Shown in pieces: positions 7,905 through 18,577 of a stretch of 64,000 nt of DNA (the first letter of the stretch is position 1; each line of letters starts with the position of its first letter). This DNA is from Bacteroidaceae bacterium. GTDB taxonomy: Bacteria > Bacteroidota > Bacteroidia > Bacteroidales > Bacteroidaceae. Below the pieces are notes generated by a model, which was given only the letters and a program-made list of their open reading frames with translations, was not told the origin of the DNA and made no database searches. The position numbers and the translations under genes are program-made. The stretch spans positions 8,339 to 72,338 of the forward strand of contig JAZNYM010000032.1 in the NCBI GenBank assembly GCA_045594385.1. Direction: 5' to 3'.

Positions 7905-10388
7905 ATGAAAAACAGAATCATTGCCTTTGCCACCATCCTGCTCGTCTCGCTTGCAGCGATGGCACAATCATCAATGACAGACGACCAGGTGCTGAAATAC
8001 CTGGTTACGGAAACACAAAAGGGCACATCGCAACAGAAGATGGCCGCAGAACTGCTTAAGAAAGGCGTAACACCAACGCAGTTGCAACGTGTACGCAAAA
8101 AGGCCGAGAAACTCCGCGAGGAAGCAGAAAACACCGGCAGTAAAGATAAGAAGAAGGAGAAAAAAGGCAAAAAGGACGATGACGAACTGGACATGGACGC
8201 TTCTCAGAGCCGTGCTGAAGAATTGGGTCTGGAACAAAGTGATGAAGAACTCGTCGGCGAAAGCACAGACGACATCCTCGGAATAACCGAAGAGGACCAG
8301 CGCCAGGTGTTCGGCCGAAACATCTTCAATGCCAAGAACCTTACCTTCCAACCTTCGACCAATATAGCCACTCCGGCCAACTACACCATAGGGCCCGCCG
8401 ACATGGTGACCATCAACATTTGGGGAGCCAGCCAGCAAACCATTGAAGCAGAAGTCTCTTCCGACGGATACATCGTGATTGAAGGTGTCGGCCCCGTAAA
8501 ACTGGCAGGACTAACCGTAGAACGAGCAAAAAATGTGCTACGCAACAAATTAAGCCAGCACTATAGTGATTGTAGTTTTGATCTTTCATTGTCCGAGACC
8601 CGAAGCATTCAAGTGCAGGTCATGGGCGAAGTCAAGGTGCCAGGCACATACACCCTTAGCAGTCTCTCCACCGCCTTCAACGCCCTGTACATGGCTGGAG
8701 GCATAAGCAAAATCGGTACCCTGCGCGATATAAGGGTTTACCGTAGCGGAAAGAACATAAGCAGTATTGACGTATATGACTATATTCTGAACGGCAACAG
8801 CCGTGGCGACATCCGTCTGGAGGACAACGACGTTATTGTGGTGGGAGCATACAATTGTCTGGTACAAATCAAAGGCAATGTAAAGCGACCCATGTGGTAT
8901 GAGATGAAAAAGTCGGAAACTGTCAAGGACCTGCTTACCTATGCCGGATCATTTACCGGCAACGCATACACAAAGAACGTGCGACTGACACGCAAATCGG
9001 GAGACGAGTACAGCATCCACACCATTGACGAATTCCAGATGGGCAGTTTTTCTATGGCCGACGAGGACATGGTAGAAGTGGACAGCATCAGGGCACGCTT
9101 CAGCAATAAAGTGGAAGTAAGAGGTGCGGCCAAGCATCCCGGTCTCTTTGAACTCGGAGGCAAGATACAGAGTGTGCGCGACCTGCTTCTGGCAGCCGAA
9201 GGTCTTAGCGAGGATGCCTACGAAGGCAGAGCAATCATGCACCGTGAGAACGAGGACCTGACCCTGCGCATGATCAACGTGGACATACACGGCATCATAG
9301 CCGGCACCACAAGCGACATTCCACTGAAGAACAACGACGTGCTCTTCATTCCCAGCAAATCCGACATGCTGGGCGAGAGAATTATCGACGTAAAGGGAGA
9401 AGTTACCTACCCCGGCCAGTATCCCTATGCCAACAACACCACCATACAGGACATTATCCTGCAAACCGGCGGTCTCACAGAAGCCGGTTCACTGGCACGT
9501 GTAGACGTTTTCCGGCGCATACGCGACAATAAATCTGCTTTGGCCGGTACGAACAGTTCCATAAACTTCAGCTTCTCCCTAGACGAGCAATTTGCCATTC
9601 AGGAGGACACAACCTTCTTCCTGGAACCATACGACATCGTTGTCGTGCGCAAGAGCCCTTCATACAAGGAACAACAGAACGTAACCGCCCAGGGCGAAGT
9701 CAACTTTGAAGGTCAATACTCGCTTACCAACAAGAACTACCGACTGTCCGACCTGGTAAAGGCATGCGGAGGCCTAACAGACATGGCATACATCCGTGGT
9801 GCAAAACTGATACGCCTAATGACCCAGGAAGAGTTGGAACAGCGCGACCAGGCCAACCTGAAGGCACAAATCCAACTATACGAAGACGGACTCAAGGAAG
9901 GCAAGGACATGAACATGCAGATTGCCGATTCGCTCCTGTCCCTGAAGACCAATACCTCAAACACCTTCCCCGTTGCCATCAACCTGGAAGAAGCCATGGC
10001 TAATCCGGGGACTGATGACGACATCCTGCTTCGCGAGGGAGACGTCCTCTCTGTTCCAGAAAAGAGCAACATCATCAAAATCAGCGGCGAGGTAATGTAC
10101 CCCGTGAGCATGAGTTACGAGAAAGGAAAGAAGCTCAGTTACTACATCCACCATGCAGGCGGTTACAGCACCAACGCGTCAAAGAGTAAGGTTTACGGCA
10201 TCAATGCCAACGGCTCGGTCGTAAAGCTCAGCAGCAATTCCGCACGTGCCATACAGCCCGGCATGGAAATTGTCGTTCCGCAGAAGAGTGCAAAAAAGAA
10301 ACTGTCCACAACTGAAATCATAGGCATCGGTTCTGGTATTGCCGCTCTTGCCAGCGTAATCGTAGCCCTGCTGAATGCAATAAAGTAA
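7905..10388 (+). CDS. wza: Outer-membrane polysaccharide export protein, Wza/BexD-type with multiple SLBB domains
   Basis: 827 aa with a signal peptide and repeated SLBB-like segments. There is a K/E/D-rich low-complexity stretch near the N-terminus. It is followed by wzz and wzy. Confidence 0.85.
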   Translation: MKNRIIAFATILLVSLAAMAQSSMTDDQVLKYLVTETQKGTSQQKMAAELLKKGVTPTQLQRVRKKAEKLREEAENTGSKDKKKEKKGKKDDDELDMDASQSRAEELGLEQSDEELVGESTDDILGITEEDQRQVFGRNIFNAKNLTFQPSTNIATPANYTIGPADMVTINIWGASQQTIEAEVSSDGYIVIEGVGPVKLAGLTVERAKNVLRNKLSQHYSDCSFDLSLSETRSIQVQVMGEVKVPGTYTLSSLSTAFNALYMAGGISKIGTLRDIRVYRSGKNISSIDVYDYILNGNSRGDIRLEDNDVIVVGAYNCLVQIKGNVKRPMWYEMKKSETVKDLLTYAGSFTGNAYTKNVRLTRKSGDEYSIHTIDEFQMGSFSMADEDMVEVDSIRARFSNKVEVRGAAKHPGLFELGGKIQSVRDLLLAAEGLSEDAYEGRAIMHRENEDLTLRMINVDIHGIIAGTTSDIPLKNNDVLFIPSKSDMLGERIIDVKGEVTYPGQYPYANNTTIQDIILQTGGLTEAGSLARVDVFRRIRDNKSALAGTNSSINFSFSLDEQFAIQEDTTFFLEPYDIVVVRKSPSYKEQQNVTAQGEVNFEGQYSLTNKNYRLSDLVKACGGLTDMAYIRGAKLIRLMTQEELEQRDQANLKAQIQLYEDGLKEGKDMNMQIADSLLSLKTNTSNTFPVAINLEEAMANPGTDDDILLREGDVLSVPEKSNIIKISGEVMYPVSMSYEKGKKLSYYIHHAGGYSTNASKSKVYGINANGSVVKLSSNSARAIQPGMEIVVPQKSAKKKLSTTEIIGIGSGIAALASVIVALLNAIK

Positions 10389-10400
10389 TACCACAGAGAC

Positions 10401-11477
10401 ATGAGCACAGACAACAAGACCATTCCTGCAAAAAACATATTCAACAAACTTTGGGCAAAGAAGTTCCTTTTCCTCAAGGTTTGGGTAATAACGTTTATAG
10501 TTTCGGTTGCCTACATCGTTCCCCAACCACGCACATACAGTGCAAGTGTACTCTTGGCACCGGAAATGGCAAGCGGCGACGAGATGGGAGGCCTGTCTGC
10601 AATTGCATCTTCCTTTGGTTTCAACCTTGGGGGAGGCAATTCGGTAGATGCCATATACCCCACCTTATATCCTGACCTGCTTTCTTCAAACGATTTTATC
10701 GTGAGTCTCTTTGACGTACAGATCAAAACCATAGACGGTGAGATACAGACCGACCTATACACCTACATGCTCAAGCACCAGAAAAAGACGTTTTACAAGA
10801 AACCTATATATTGGATAAAAAGCAAATTCAAGAACTTTGTAGACCCCAAAAGAACTAATGCCGAAGGAGGAAAACAAAAAACAAATCCCTCTTTCTTGAC
10901 AGAGCAAGAGTTTAATATAACAGAGGCATTGAAGTCCAACATATTCTGTAATGTTGATCCATTAACAAATGTTATAGCAATCAAGGTAAATGCACAAGAC
11001 CCTTTAGTCGCGGCATGCCTGGCAGACTCGGTTTGTTCAAGACTACAAAGATTTATTATTGATTACCGAACCAGCAAGGCAAGAATAGATGTTGAACATT
11101 ATGAAACACTTGTCAAAGATGCCCAAGAGAGTTACGAAAAGGCCCAAAAAGAATTCAGCGACTTTTGCGACAGTCACAAGAACATGACGTCACAGGCCGT
11201 GTTGTCTGAGCGCGACAAGTTTGAAATCGAAAGTTCAATGGCACTAAGCAAATATCAGGCCATGAGCGCACAAGCAGAAAATGCCAAGCACAAGTTGCAA
11301 GAGAAAACCCCTGCCTTTACAACATTGCAGAATGCATCTGTTCCTTTGCGTCCCTCAGCTCCAAAACGTGTATTCTTCTGCCTAGGCATGCTGATATTAT
11401 CTACTACAATAACACTGGCTTCAATATTTAAAGACAAGATTTTCTACACCATAGAATTCTTTGGACCAAGGAAGTAA
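10401..11477 (+). CDS. wzz: Chain-length determinant protein (Wzz/PCP family, no kinase domain)
   Basis: 358 aa with N- and C-terminal TM segments flanking a coiled-coil periplasmic region. It sits immediately after wza. Confidence 0.75.
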   Translation: MSTDNKTIPAKNIFNKLWAKKFLFLKVWVITFIVSVAYIVPQPRTYSASVLLAPEMASGDEMGGLSAIASSFGFNLGGGNSVDAIYPTLYPDLLSSNDFIVSLFDVQIKTIDGEIQTDLYTYMLKHQKKTFYKKPIYWIKSKFKNFVDPKRTNAEGGKQKTNPSFLTEQEFNITEALKSNIFCNVDPLTNVIAIKVNAQDPLVAACLADSVCSRLQRFIIDYRTSKARIDVEHYETLVKDAQESYEKAQKEFSDFCDSHKNMTSQAVLSERDKFEIESSMALSKYQAMSAQAENAKHKLQEKTPAFTTLQNASVPLRPSAPKRVFFCLGMLILSTTITLASIFKDKIFYTIEFFGPRK

Positions 11478-11561
11478 TTATTACTATTTATTATATAACA
11501 TCATTCTTTTTCGACTAATACTACAGATTTGTATTTGCTGGGCATATACTATCTATAGAAG

Positions 11562-12818
11562 ATGAAGTTTATTCAGGAATATATTTTAACAAGAGAAATC
11601 TTCTTAAATATTCTCATATTTGTAATGTGGGGATATTTGCTCCTTGCCTATTTCCGAGCTGCCATAGGTCTGCTGCCTGTAATTGGCAACTATCAACTTG
11701 AAGCAGAGGCCGTATTGGTAACACTTATAGTTTTAGCCGCCCTACCTGCAGTAATTAACAGAATGGCAACAGTAGATTGGTTATTCTTATTGGGATGTTG
11801 TGGCATATACATCGTTAATATTGGGATATTTCACACAAGCTATGACATTCTTATCAAAAATATATTCCCTACCCTATGCATAACTATCCCATTCTTTGTC
11901 ATGGGACGATTGCTTGATATAAAAAAATACATCAAGCCTATGGTTGCAATCTCTGCCATGTGTATTATCATGGATGCCTTCTACTTTTTGGTATACATGC
12001 GCAATCCAGAAAAAATGATTGAGCGTATGGCAGGCGAATACTACATGTATCAAGCCTACAGACTTCTGCCACATGTAGCATTACTTTTTTGGCAAGGAAT
12101 GAAGACTGGGAACATATGGAAACTTATACTGGCGATATTGGGTACATTCCTTATCATTGCTTATGGCACTCGAGGCCCTTTGGCTTGCCTAGGAACTTTT
12201 TGTATTACATACTTCTTCTTATATACTAAATTTAGATACTCCATTTGGATAAAATCCATAATAATCGCCCTCTGCGCATTTTCCGCAATATTTATACAAC
12301 AACTTCTCATATTCATTCAAGAGCTGTTATCTTCTGTGGATATGAGCACAAGAATTATAGACAGGATGCTTACAGGAGGACTACTACACGATACCGGGCG
12401 TGGATATATCAAACACCAATTATACAGTTATCTCGATAATGGAGAGTCTCTCACTGGTTATGGCCTATTTGGATGTTACCAATTATTTGGAAAATTTCCA
12501 CATGACTACATCCTTGACTTCTTTTTTACATTTGGGTATGTAGCAGGAGGTGCACTTTTGTTTCTAACTACTTATATCATATGCAAAGCCCATATTATCT
12601 GTCATAATAGTTATGAAAGAGGTTTCATACTATTGCTTGTATGCGTAAGCATCTTAAAAATGTTCTTCAGCAGCACATTTATTGAGGATAACATGTACTT
12701 TACCCTGATTGGTTTCTGTACATCAATACTTATACGCCACCACTACGCCAACCAGCAAACAATACATTCCATGAGTGAAGACAATGTATTGTCCAACCCT
12801 AAACAATGCATTTTCTAA
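11562..12818 (+). CDS. wzy: Polytopic membrane protein, O-antigen/EPS polymerase (Wzy)-like
   Basis: 418 aa, very hydrophobic and AT-rich. Its position in a Wzx/Wzy locus supports the call. Sequence family assignment is weak. Confidence 0.6.
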   Translation: MKFIQEYILTREIFLNILIFVMWGYLLLAYFRAAIGLLPVIGNYQLEAEAVLVTLIVLAALPAVINRMATVDWLFLLGCCGIYIVNIGIFHTSYDILIKNIFPTLCITIPFFVMGRLLDIKKYIKPMVAISAMCIIMDAFYFLVYMRNPEKMIERMAGEYYMYQAYRLLPHVALLFWQGMKTGNIWKLILAILGTFLIIAYGTRGPLACLGTFCITYFFLYTKFRYSIWIKSIIIALCAFSAIFIQQLLIFIQELLSSVDMSTRIIDRMLTGGLLHDTGRGYIKHQLYSYLDNGESLTGYGLFGCYQLFGKFPHDYILDFFFTFGYVAGGALLFLTTYIICKAHIICHNSYERGFILLLVCVSILKMFFSSTFIEDNMYFTLIGFCTSILIRHHYANQQTIHSMSEDNVLSNPKQCIF

Positions 12819-12836
12819 TTTGCAATTCTATTGTCC

Positions 12837-13748
12837 ATGCCAAAAATTGCCGTCCTACTGACTTGTTTCAACCGTAAAGACAAGACAATTGCATGTCTGA
12901 AAAGTCTATTGTCTGCAATCAAGAATTACAACGACATAGCTAAAGACAAGGTAAATATATCCATTTTCCTTACCGACGATGCATGTACAGACAGGACGGC
13001 ACAGGCAGCCATAAAAGTTTGTCAAGGAGAGGACATACATATCGTTCAAGGCAATGGTAATCTGTTTTGGGCTGGAGGAATGAGAGCGGCATGGAATGAA
13101 GCCCTAAGACACAAACAAACATGGGATTTCTTCCTACTCCTTAATGACGATACCGCATTACACGCAAATGCTTTGGCAGAACTCATGGATACCCACAGAT
13201 ACTGCATTGACAGGTATGGGTGTCCTGGCATCTATTCCGGTATAACATGTGCGGCAGGGCATCCCGAAACAATTACCTACAGTGGTGACATCTTTGAAAG
13301 TGGAGCCAAAGGAAAATGGCACAGACTTGGACCTGCCGAGAATCCACAGATGGTGGACCAATGCAACGCAAACATCCTGTTAGTGCCCCTAGAGGTGGTA
13401 AACAAAATAGGCATTTTCCACAACGGATATATTCATGGTGCTGCCGACTTGGATTACTGCATGCAAGTCCGCAAAGCCGGATTGCCCGCCCTGATAACCG
13501 CCAAGGTTATCGGAGAATGCGAATATGACCACTTTAGCGAAAAAGAAGAGTGCGAAAGACTCATACGAATGACGCTAAGCGAAAGACGGAAATATGTGTA
13601 CCACCCCACCCATTCCGATAAGGACTATCTCCTTTTTGTCAAGCGCAACATTCCCAAGAAATACCTTATCAGCACAGTACTGAGAAAAGTGCGGCTCTAT
13701 TGTCCAAGACTATATTATTATATAAATAAAATAAGGGGGCTGTACTAA
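12837..13748 (+). CDS. Glycosyltransferase family 2
   Basis: IAVLLTCFNRKDKT, LTDDACTD and LLLNDDT motifs. The ORF-track start 12831 is TTG, so the ATG at 12837 is preferred. Confidence 0.8.
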   Translation: MPKIAVLLTCFNRKDKTIACLKSLLSAIKNYNDIAKDKVNISIFLTDDACTDRTAQAAIKVCQGEDIHIVQGNGNLFWAGGMRAAWNEALRHKQTWDFFLLLNDDTALHANALAELMDTHRYCIDRYGCPGIYSGITCAAGHPETITYSGDIFESGAKGKWHRLGPAENPQMVDQCNANILLVPLEVVNKIGIFHNGYIHGAADLDYCMQVRKAGLPALITAKVIGECEYDHFSEKEECERLIRMTLSERRKYVYHPTHSDKDYLLFVKRNIPKKYLISTVLRKVRLYCPRLYYYINKIRGLY

Positions 13749-13884
13749 GGAAAAGTTTTATCCGCTACAGCACCTATTCTCAAACTCTCAATACCGCATT
13801 TCACAATCATCATCTTCCTTCTGTCACTGACCCTATCCTACGTGCTCAGAAAAAATAAAGCCGTTGAAGGAATATGTGATTTAA

Positions 13885-13992
13885 GTCAGTACCGATTTTA
13901 GTCACACATAATCGGTACTGCAGTACCACCACGTCGGTACTGCAGTACCGACATGTAGGTATTAGAGTACTGACACGACGGTACTGCACTAT
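13885..13992. repeat. Tandem array with 22-bp period of GGTACTGCAGTACC-type palindromes at a convergent gene junction
   Basis: GGTACTGCA-type cores start at 13914, 13936, 13958 (degenerate) and 13980. gtcggtactgcagtaccgac at 13933-13952 is a perfect 20-bp palindrome. Confidence 0.8.
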
Positions 13993-15131
13993 GACATCAT
14001 CTGCCTTTCCGCGGCCATCAGTTTGGCAAACTCTGTTTCCCAATTCAGTTCTTCTGACAACCTCTTGGCATTGGCAGCATACTGTTGGTACAGTTCCTTA
14101 TTCTCGTATAACACAGTTACCGCATCCCTCAGACACTCTGCCGTATTCTCCTTTAATATAATACCGAAATTATACTTCTCGTTCAAGTATCTGTGTTCTG
14201 GAATGTCAGACATTATCACTGGCAAACCAGCAGAGATATACTCAAAGATTTTGTTGGACACAGAAAGTTTGAAATTAAGATTTATAGGTACCGTAATAGC
14301 CAATCCCACATGAGAACTCCTGGCCGCAGGGATCAGTTCAGTTGTCTTTACCGGAGGTGAAAAAGTAACATTGTTCAAACCTTTATTATCCACGAAAGAC
14401 CTTAATTCCGGTTCCATCCTTCCAAAACCCCTCAATACATAGTTGATTTGCGGATTCTCTGTTATTGTCGCCGCTTCTACCATAATATCATATCCCCTTC
14501 CCTCATAGAATTGGCCATGATTCAGAACCTCAAAATATGGAGACTTAACCGACTCCTGTCCATGATGTACTTGCCTTTTAGCACAATTGGTCACAACCAA
14601 AGGTTTGGAAATATTGTATTTTGTGGCAAAGAATTCGGAAGCGGCGTTACTGACGCATACTACCAAATCCACACGTCTGATTATCCATGCCTCTACAAAG
14701 GACCAAAAGATCTTTTTCAGCACAGCAGAAGCCAAGCCGAAATTATCGGTATATACTTCGTGAGTATCAAAAACAATCTTGCATTTCCAACGTCTGGTTG
14801 CCATATATGCCGCAAGAAGGGCATCTAAATCATTTGCATGGATTATATCCGGTTTACAGGCTACAATTTCATTTGCCAATGATTTGCAGACAGAGATCTC
14901 TTTAAGAACTGTATTAAATTTATTTTGAATTCTCTTATATTTCTCCTTTATCTTGACTATTCTGACAGAAGCAGAAATTCGCTCTATTTCATTGGCATTA
15001 TATCTGTCATCCTCCTCACCGACAACACTTACATCAAAATCCGCTTTGACATACTCGTCTATCTGCTTTATTACACGAGGGTCATACCAAACCGAATTAC
15101 GAACGACATCACATACTCTTATCTTCTTCAT
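13989..15131 (-). CDS. Glycosyltransferase family 4 (GT-B)
   Basis: 380 aa with a C-terminal GT4-type region (...[38 protein letters not shown]...). Confidence 0.75.
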   Translation of the reverse strand: MKKIRVCDVVRNSVWYDPRVIKQIDEYVKADFDVSVVGEEDDRYNANEIERISASVRIVKIKEKYKRIQNKFNTVLKEISVCKSLANEIVACKPDIIHANDLDALLAAYMATRRWKCKIVFDTHEVYTDNFGLASAVLKKIFWSFVEAWIIRRVDLVVCVSNAASEFFATKYNISKPLVVTNCAKRQVHHGQESVKSPYFEVLNHGQFYEGRGYDIMVEAATITENPQINYVLRGFGRMEPELRSFVDNKGLNNVTFSPPVKTTELIPAARSSHVGLAITVPINLNFKLSVSNKIFEYISAGLPVIMSDIPEHRYLNEKYNFGIILKENTAECLRDAVTVLYENKELYQQYAANAKRLSEELNWETEFAKLMAAERQMMS

Positions 15132-15783
15132 ATACCGACCTTATAAATTTATCTATATCAGAAAACAACTCAATATGATTTTTAATCCACACTTCGTCCC
15201 TATCCCACCATTTTATCTGCAATAACTTCTCTATTATTTCATTATTGAATCTATATCGGATTATTTTGGCTGGAACTCCTCCTACAATAGCATAAGGCGG
15301 TACATCCTTTGTAACAACCGCCCCCATTGCCACAATTGCACCATCACCGATTGTAACCCCTCCCTTTATCTTAACATCCTCACCTATCCAAACATCATTA
15401 CCGATCACAACGGACCTCCCATCTACAGACAATTCCTCGTCAAAAAGATTTGAAGAAACATATGTTTTGTTTGTTTGCTTCAAAGTACTAAAAAATACCG
15501 GTGAAGTAGAGACAAACGTACGAGTAGGATGTGTGTATAATACAACTTTTATGCTTTTTGCCAAGCTGCAATATGAACCAATAATAGAATTTGGCAAATA
15601 ACAGCTCTCATCTATATACGTATCATGACCAATATGCGAACCTGAAACGCAGGTCCCTTGGCGAATGACATTATATCCCCCAAAAAGTGTCTTGTGGTTA
15701 AATAGCACGCCACTATGAAGAGTTATATCTTTAGAAACAGTCTTTCGTTTCCAACATCTCCAAATATATTTTAATAACTCCAT
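15109..15783 (-). CDS. Hexapeptide-repeat O-acetyltransferase (XAT/CatB-like)
   Basis: Left-handed beta-helix repeats: [53 protein letters not shown]. Confidence 0.85.
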   Translation of the reverse strand: MELLKYIWRCWKRKTVSKDITLHSGVLFNHKTLFGGYNVIRQGTCVSGSHIGHDTYIDESCYLPNSIIGSYCSLAKSIKVVLYTHPTRTFVSTSPVFFSTLKQTNKTYVSSNLFDEELSVDGRSVVIGNDVWIGEDVKIKGGVTIGDGAIVAMGAVVTKDVPPYAIVGGVPAKIIRYRFNNEIIEKLLQIKWWDRDEVWIKNHIELFSDIDKFIRSVYEEDKSM

Positions 15784-15794
15784 AATTCAAACAA

Positions 15795-16925
15795 TTAATC
15801 ATTATATTGGCAAAGAAGTACCTTAGAAAATTCACTTACAGAATGTGTTTTGACATAATCTACAGGAATAGGCTTTGATTTACATTCTATAGAAGAAATC
15901 TCCTTACATACTGCTTTTATATTAGAAAAATCAAAACTCCACCCCAACTTATAACGTCTTACAAGTTTACCTAACATTCCATTTTTTGTAGATATTACCG
16001 GGACGTTGTATAGAGATGCATATCCTATTACACCACTACTCTGATAGACTTCTTTGTACGGTAAGAACAAGAAATTGGACAACTGGCAAAAAGATGCGAT
16101 CTTCTCAAAAGAACAAAACTCATCAAAAAGCAAAATGCGGTATCGCTCACTCAGTTTCTGAACTCTATTATAGAATTCTTCTTTTATATCAGGGGCGACA
16201 ATACCTGCGAAAATATACGTATTTATAGAATCTAAATATTCTATGCATTTAAGAATGTCTAATGTTCCTTTTCTATAAGACATTGAACCAAAGTGAAAAT
16301 AGACTCTTGACTTTTCTGGTATTCCAAGTGATTTACGTGATATTGACAAATCTGGAGAAACTTTATTAAAGACCGGATCTAACAAATAGCAGAACTTAGA
16401 TGTTTTATATTTTTTATTAATATACCTGACTGCCACATAATCATTTAACAAGAATACCCTTTTAACATTTGAAGTATACTTTATACACAAATAATTTAAG
16501 ACCTCTACAATTCGAGAATATATTCCCAAGCTCTTCCACTTATACAAATATATATAATACAGTATTCCCGAGATACTAACCCTTCGTGGAAGCAGAAAAA
16601 CAAATGGTAGGATTTGGGCAAGAACTATTAATATTACAGAATCTGCATTGTATTGCTTGACAATTCTCCGAAGTATACAACAATTAATAAGTGGTCTACG
16701 CCAAAATCCACATATAGTTGGCCTTAGTTCATCATGAGTAATATAATGGAAACTGATATTGGACGCCTCCCGCCATGATAATTTATGCCTGACATCCTTA
16801 AATGCTTCTGGTATTGCGAAAATAAAGGTTTCATCTGTTCTATTTATTGCTTCTGAATAAATATGATGAAGGTACTCCAAATTATGTCCAGTAATATGCG
16901 TATCAAAAATAACAGTCCTACTCAT
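15795..16925 (-). CDS. Glycosyltransferase (GT-B, GT4-like)
   Basis: The C-terminal half resembles GT4 enzymes. The ORF-track start 16952 is GTG and overlaps wzx, so the first ATG at 16925 is preferred. The start is uncertain. Confidence 0.6.
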   Translation of the reverse strand: MSRTVIFDTHITGHNLEYLHHIYSEAINRTDETFIFAIPEAFKDVRHKLSWREASNISFHYITHDELRPTICGFWRRPLINCCILRRIVKQYNADSVILIVLAQILPFVFLLPRRVSISGILYYIYLYKWKSLGIYSRIVEVLNYLCIKYTSNVKRVFLLNDYVAVRYINKKYKTSKFCYLLDPVFNKVSPDLSISRKSLGIPEKSRVYFHFGSMSYRKGTLDILKCIEYLDSINTYIFAGIVAPDIKEEFYNRVQKLSERYRILLFDEFCSFEKIASFCQLSNFLFLPYKEVYQSSGVIGYASLYNVPVISTKNGMLGKLVRRYKLGWSFDFSNIKAVCKEISSIECKSKPIPVDYVKTHSVSEFSKVLLCQYND

Positions 16926-16939
16926 CCTTAATTGTATAT

Positions 16940-18481
16940 TTAACGGCGACACAATCCTAATCTTACAGATATGTAGTTCTTTATTTTATTTCGCACTGAA
17001 AAAGTCAAACCATATCTATATATGACAACACACGACAATATCACACTAAATATCATAACTAGTACCATACGCAAATATTCATTCGCTCCTGACATACTAT
17101 AATGTAATATATATGAACAAAAATATACAAAACAGAACAGCAAAAAGACTGGCATATAAACATTTTTGTAAAACCGCGATATCGGAAATTGTATATAATG
17201 GTGCATCCAATACAGTTCAAAGAAGGCGTCCAATATTGCCGCTAATATATTTAACACAAATGGTATATATGGAGGCAATCCAGCTCTCAACATAAAATAA
17301 CTTATAGGAAGGACTGTAAGTAATATTCCCCCACTAAATATACCAATATTTCGAAGATATCCTGTTGCATGAACTGCCATAATTATACTACCTGTCATAG
17401 ACGTTACTATTGAACGCAATAATACCAACTGTATAAATATTATCGTGTAATCAGGAAATTCTCCCAACCACAAAGTCAACAATGGTTCTATCTCTAATAA
17501 AAGCGGGACGGATGCAATTATCATCAAATAGGCCGAATATTTTGCTGAATTGAAAACCAGTTGTATCATCTCGTTCACTTGTCCTGAAGCATAACACTTT
17601 ATCACCTGTGGTTTTACGGCCAACTGAAAGTTGGCAATAAGTTGTTGTAACAAACCGTTTACTTGAAAGGCAATACCTTGAGCAGCATTTATAATCGTTC
17701 CGAAAAAAGCATTCATGACAAGATTTAATCCCTGAGTGTTACATACAAAAGCTACATTTCCTATTACATTCCAACCAGAAAAACCCAGCATACTCTTAAA
17801 TAAATCTTTATTATAAGCTAAGTGAAATCTTGCTTCTTCAAAATTCTTTTGACAGTATACATTATAAATGATTGCAACCAATATTTGAACTCCAAGTATC
17901 AGTCCTGCATATAATATTAAATGATCAAAATCCACCAACTGCAAGACATAAATAATCAGCAGTTTTGAGATTCCTTCAATTAAACTGACATAGGCATATA
18001 CATTCATCCTCTCATGTGCAATAATTGAAGCCATAAAGGGTAATTGGACAATCTGTATGCATATCGCAATCACGGAGAATTGGTAGACGCACATTGCAGC
18101 AAACTCTCGTCCAGAAGGCACTACCAAATAATTCTTAATATACCACAACCCGATTGTTTCTGCTATAATAAATACGATAAAAACCAAAAAAAAATGTAGT
18201 AACAAGGATGTGGAAAATACAACCTTAAGTCGTTCTTTGTTGGATTTTCCTAACTCTATATTTAGAAATCGCTGCGTACTTGTAGATAATGTTGCGTTTA
18301 GGAAGCCTAACAAAGCCACAGCACTACCAACGACATTATATAATCCATAGTCGCTTACCCCAAGTGTACGAAGTAATACTCTTGATGCATATAAGCTAAT
18401 AAGCATCAAGAGTATCATTCGGAAATACAAGAAAACCGTATTCCTCGCTATTCGACCATTATTAAGATCCTGGTTCTGCAT
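16940..18481 (-). CDS. wzx: Polysaccharide flippase Wzx (MOP superfamily)
   Basis: 513 aa with about 12-14 TM segments. The N-terminus NTVFLYFRMILLMLISLYASRVLLRTLGVSDYGLYNVVGS is typical of Wzx. Confidence 0.85.
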   Translation of the reverse strand: MQNQDLNNGRIARNTVFLYFRMILLMLISLYASRVLLRTLGVSDYGLYNVVGSAVALLGFLNATLSTSTQRFLNIELGKSNKERLKVVFSTSLLLHFFLVFIVFIIAETIGLWYIKNYLVVPSGREFAAMCVYQFSVIAICIQIVQLPFMASIIAHERMNVYAYVSLIEGISKLLIIYVLQLVDFDHLILYAGLILGVQILVAIIYNVYCQKNFEEARFHLAYNKDLFKSMLGFSGWNVIGNVAFVCNTQGLNLVMNAFFGTIINAAQGIAFQVNGLLQQLIANFQLAVKPQVIKCYASGQVNEMIQLVFNSAKYSAYLMIIASVPLLLEIEPLLTLWLGEFPDYTIIFIQLVLLRSIVTSMTGSIIMAVHATGYLRNIGIFSGGILLTVLPISYFMLRAGLPPYIPFVLNILAAILDAFFELYWMHHYIQFPISRFYKNVYMPVFLLFCFVYFCSYILHYSMSGANEYLRMVLVMIFSVILSCVVIYRYGLTFSVRNKIKNYISVRLGLCRR

Positions 18482-18577
18482 ACTTCTTTCGTATCTATGA
18501 TACCAGCAATTTTAACTTTCTACTATCAATGACGATTAACAGCATATGAGAAATATCGGTTAGGATATACGATGATA

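Noticed and set aside
7157-7905. Genomic island or integrase at the tmRNA gene, a classic integration hotspot
   Set aside because: The 3' end of ssrA is followed within 90 bp by the start of the housekeeping purH-like gene. No integrase, att-like duplication of the ssrA 3' end, or phage genes are present.
7650-7905. Invertible promoter (inverton) upstream of wza, as in Bacteroides capsule loci
   Set aside because: I saw no pair of inverted repeats flanking the leader. There is only a TAACTTTG -7-like box at 7779-7786, with poor spacing to the nearest upstream TTTG. No recombinase gene is nearby.
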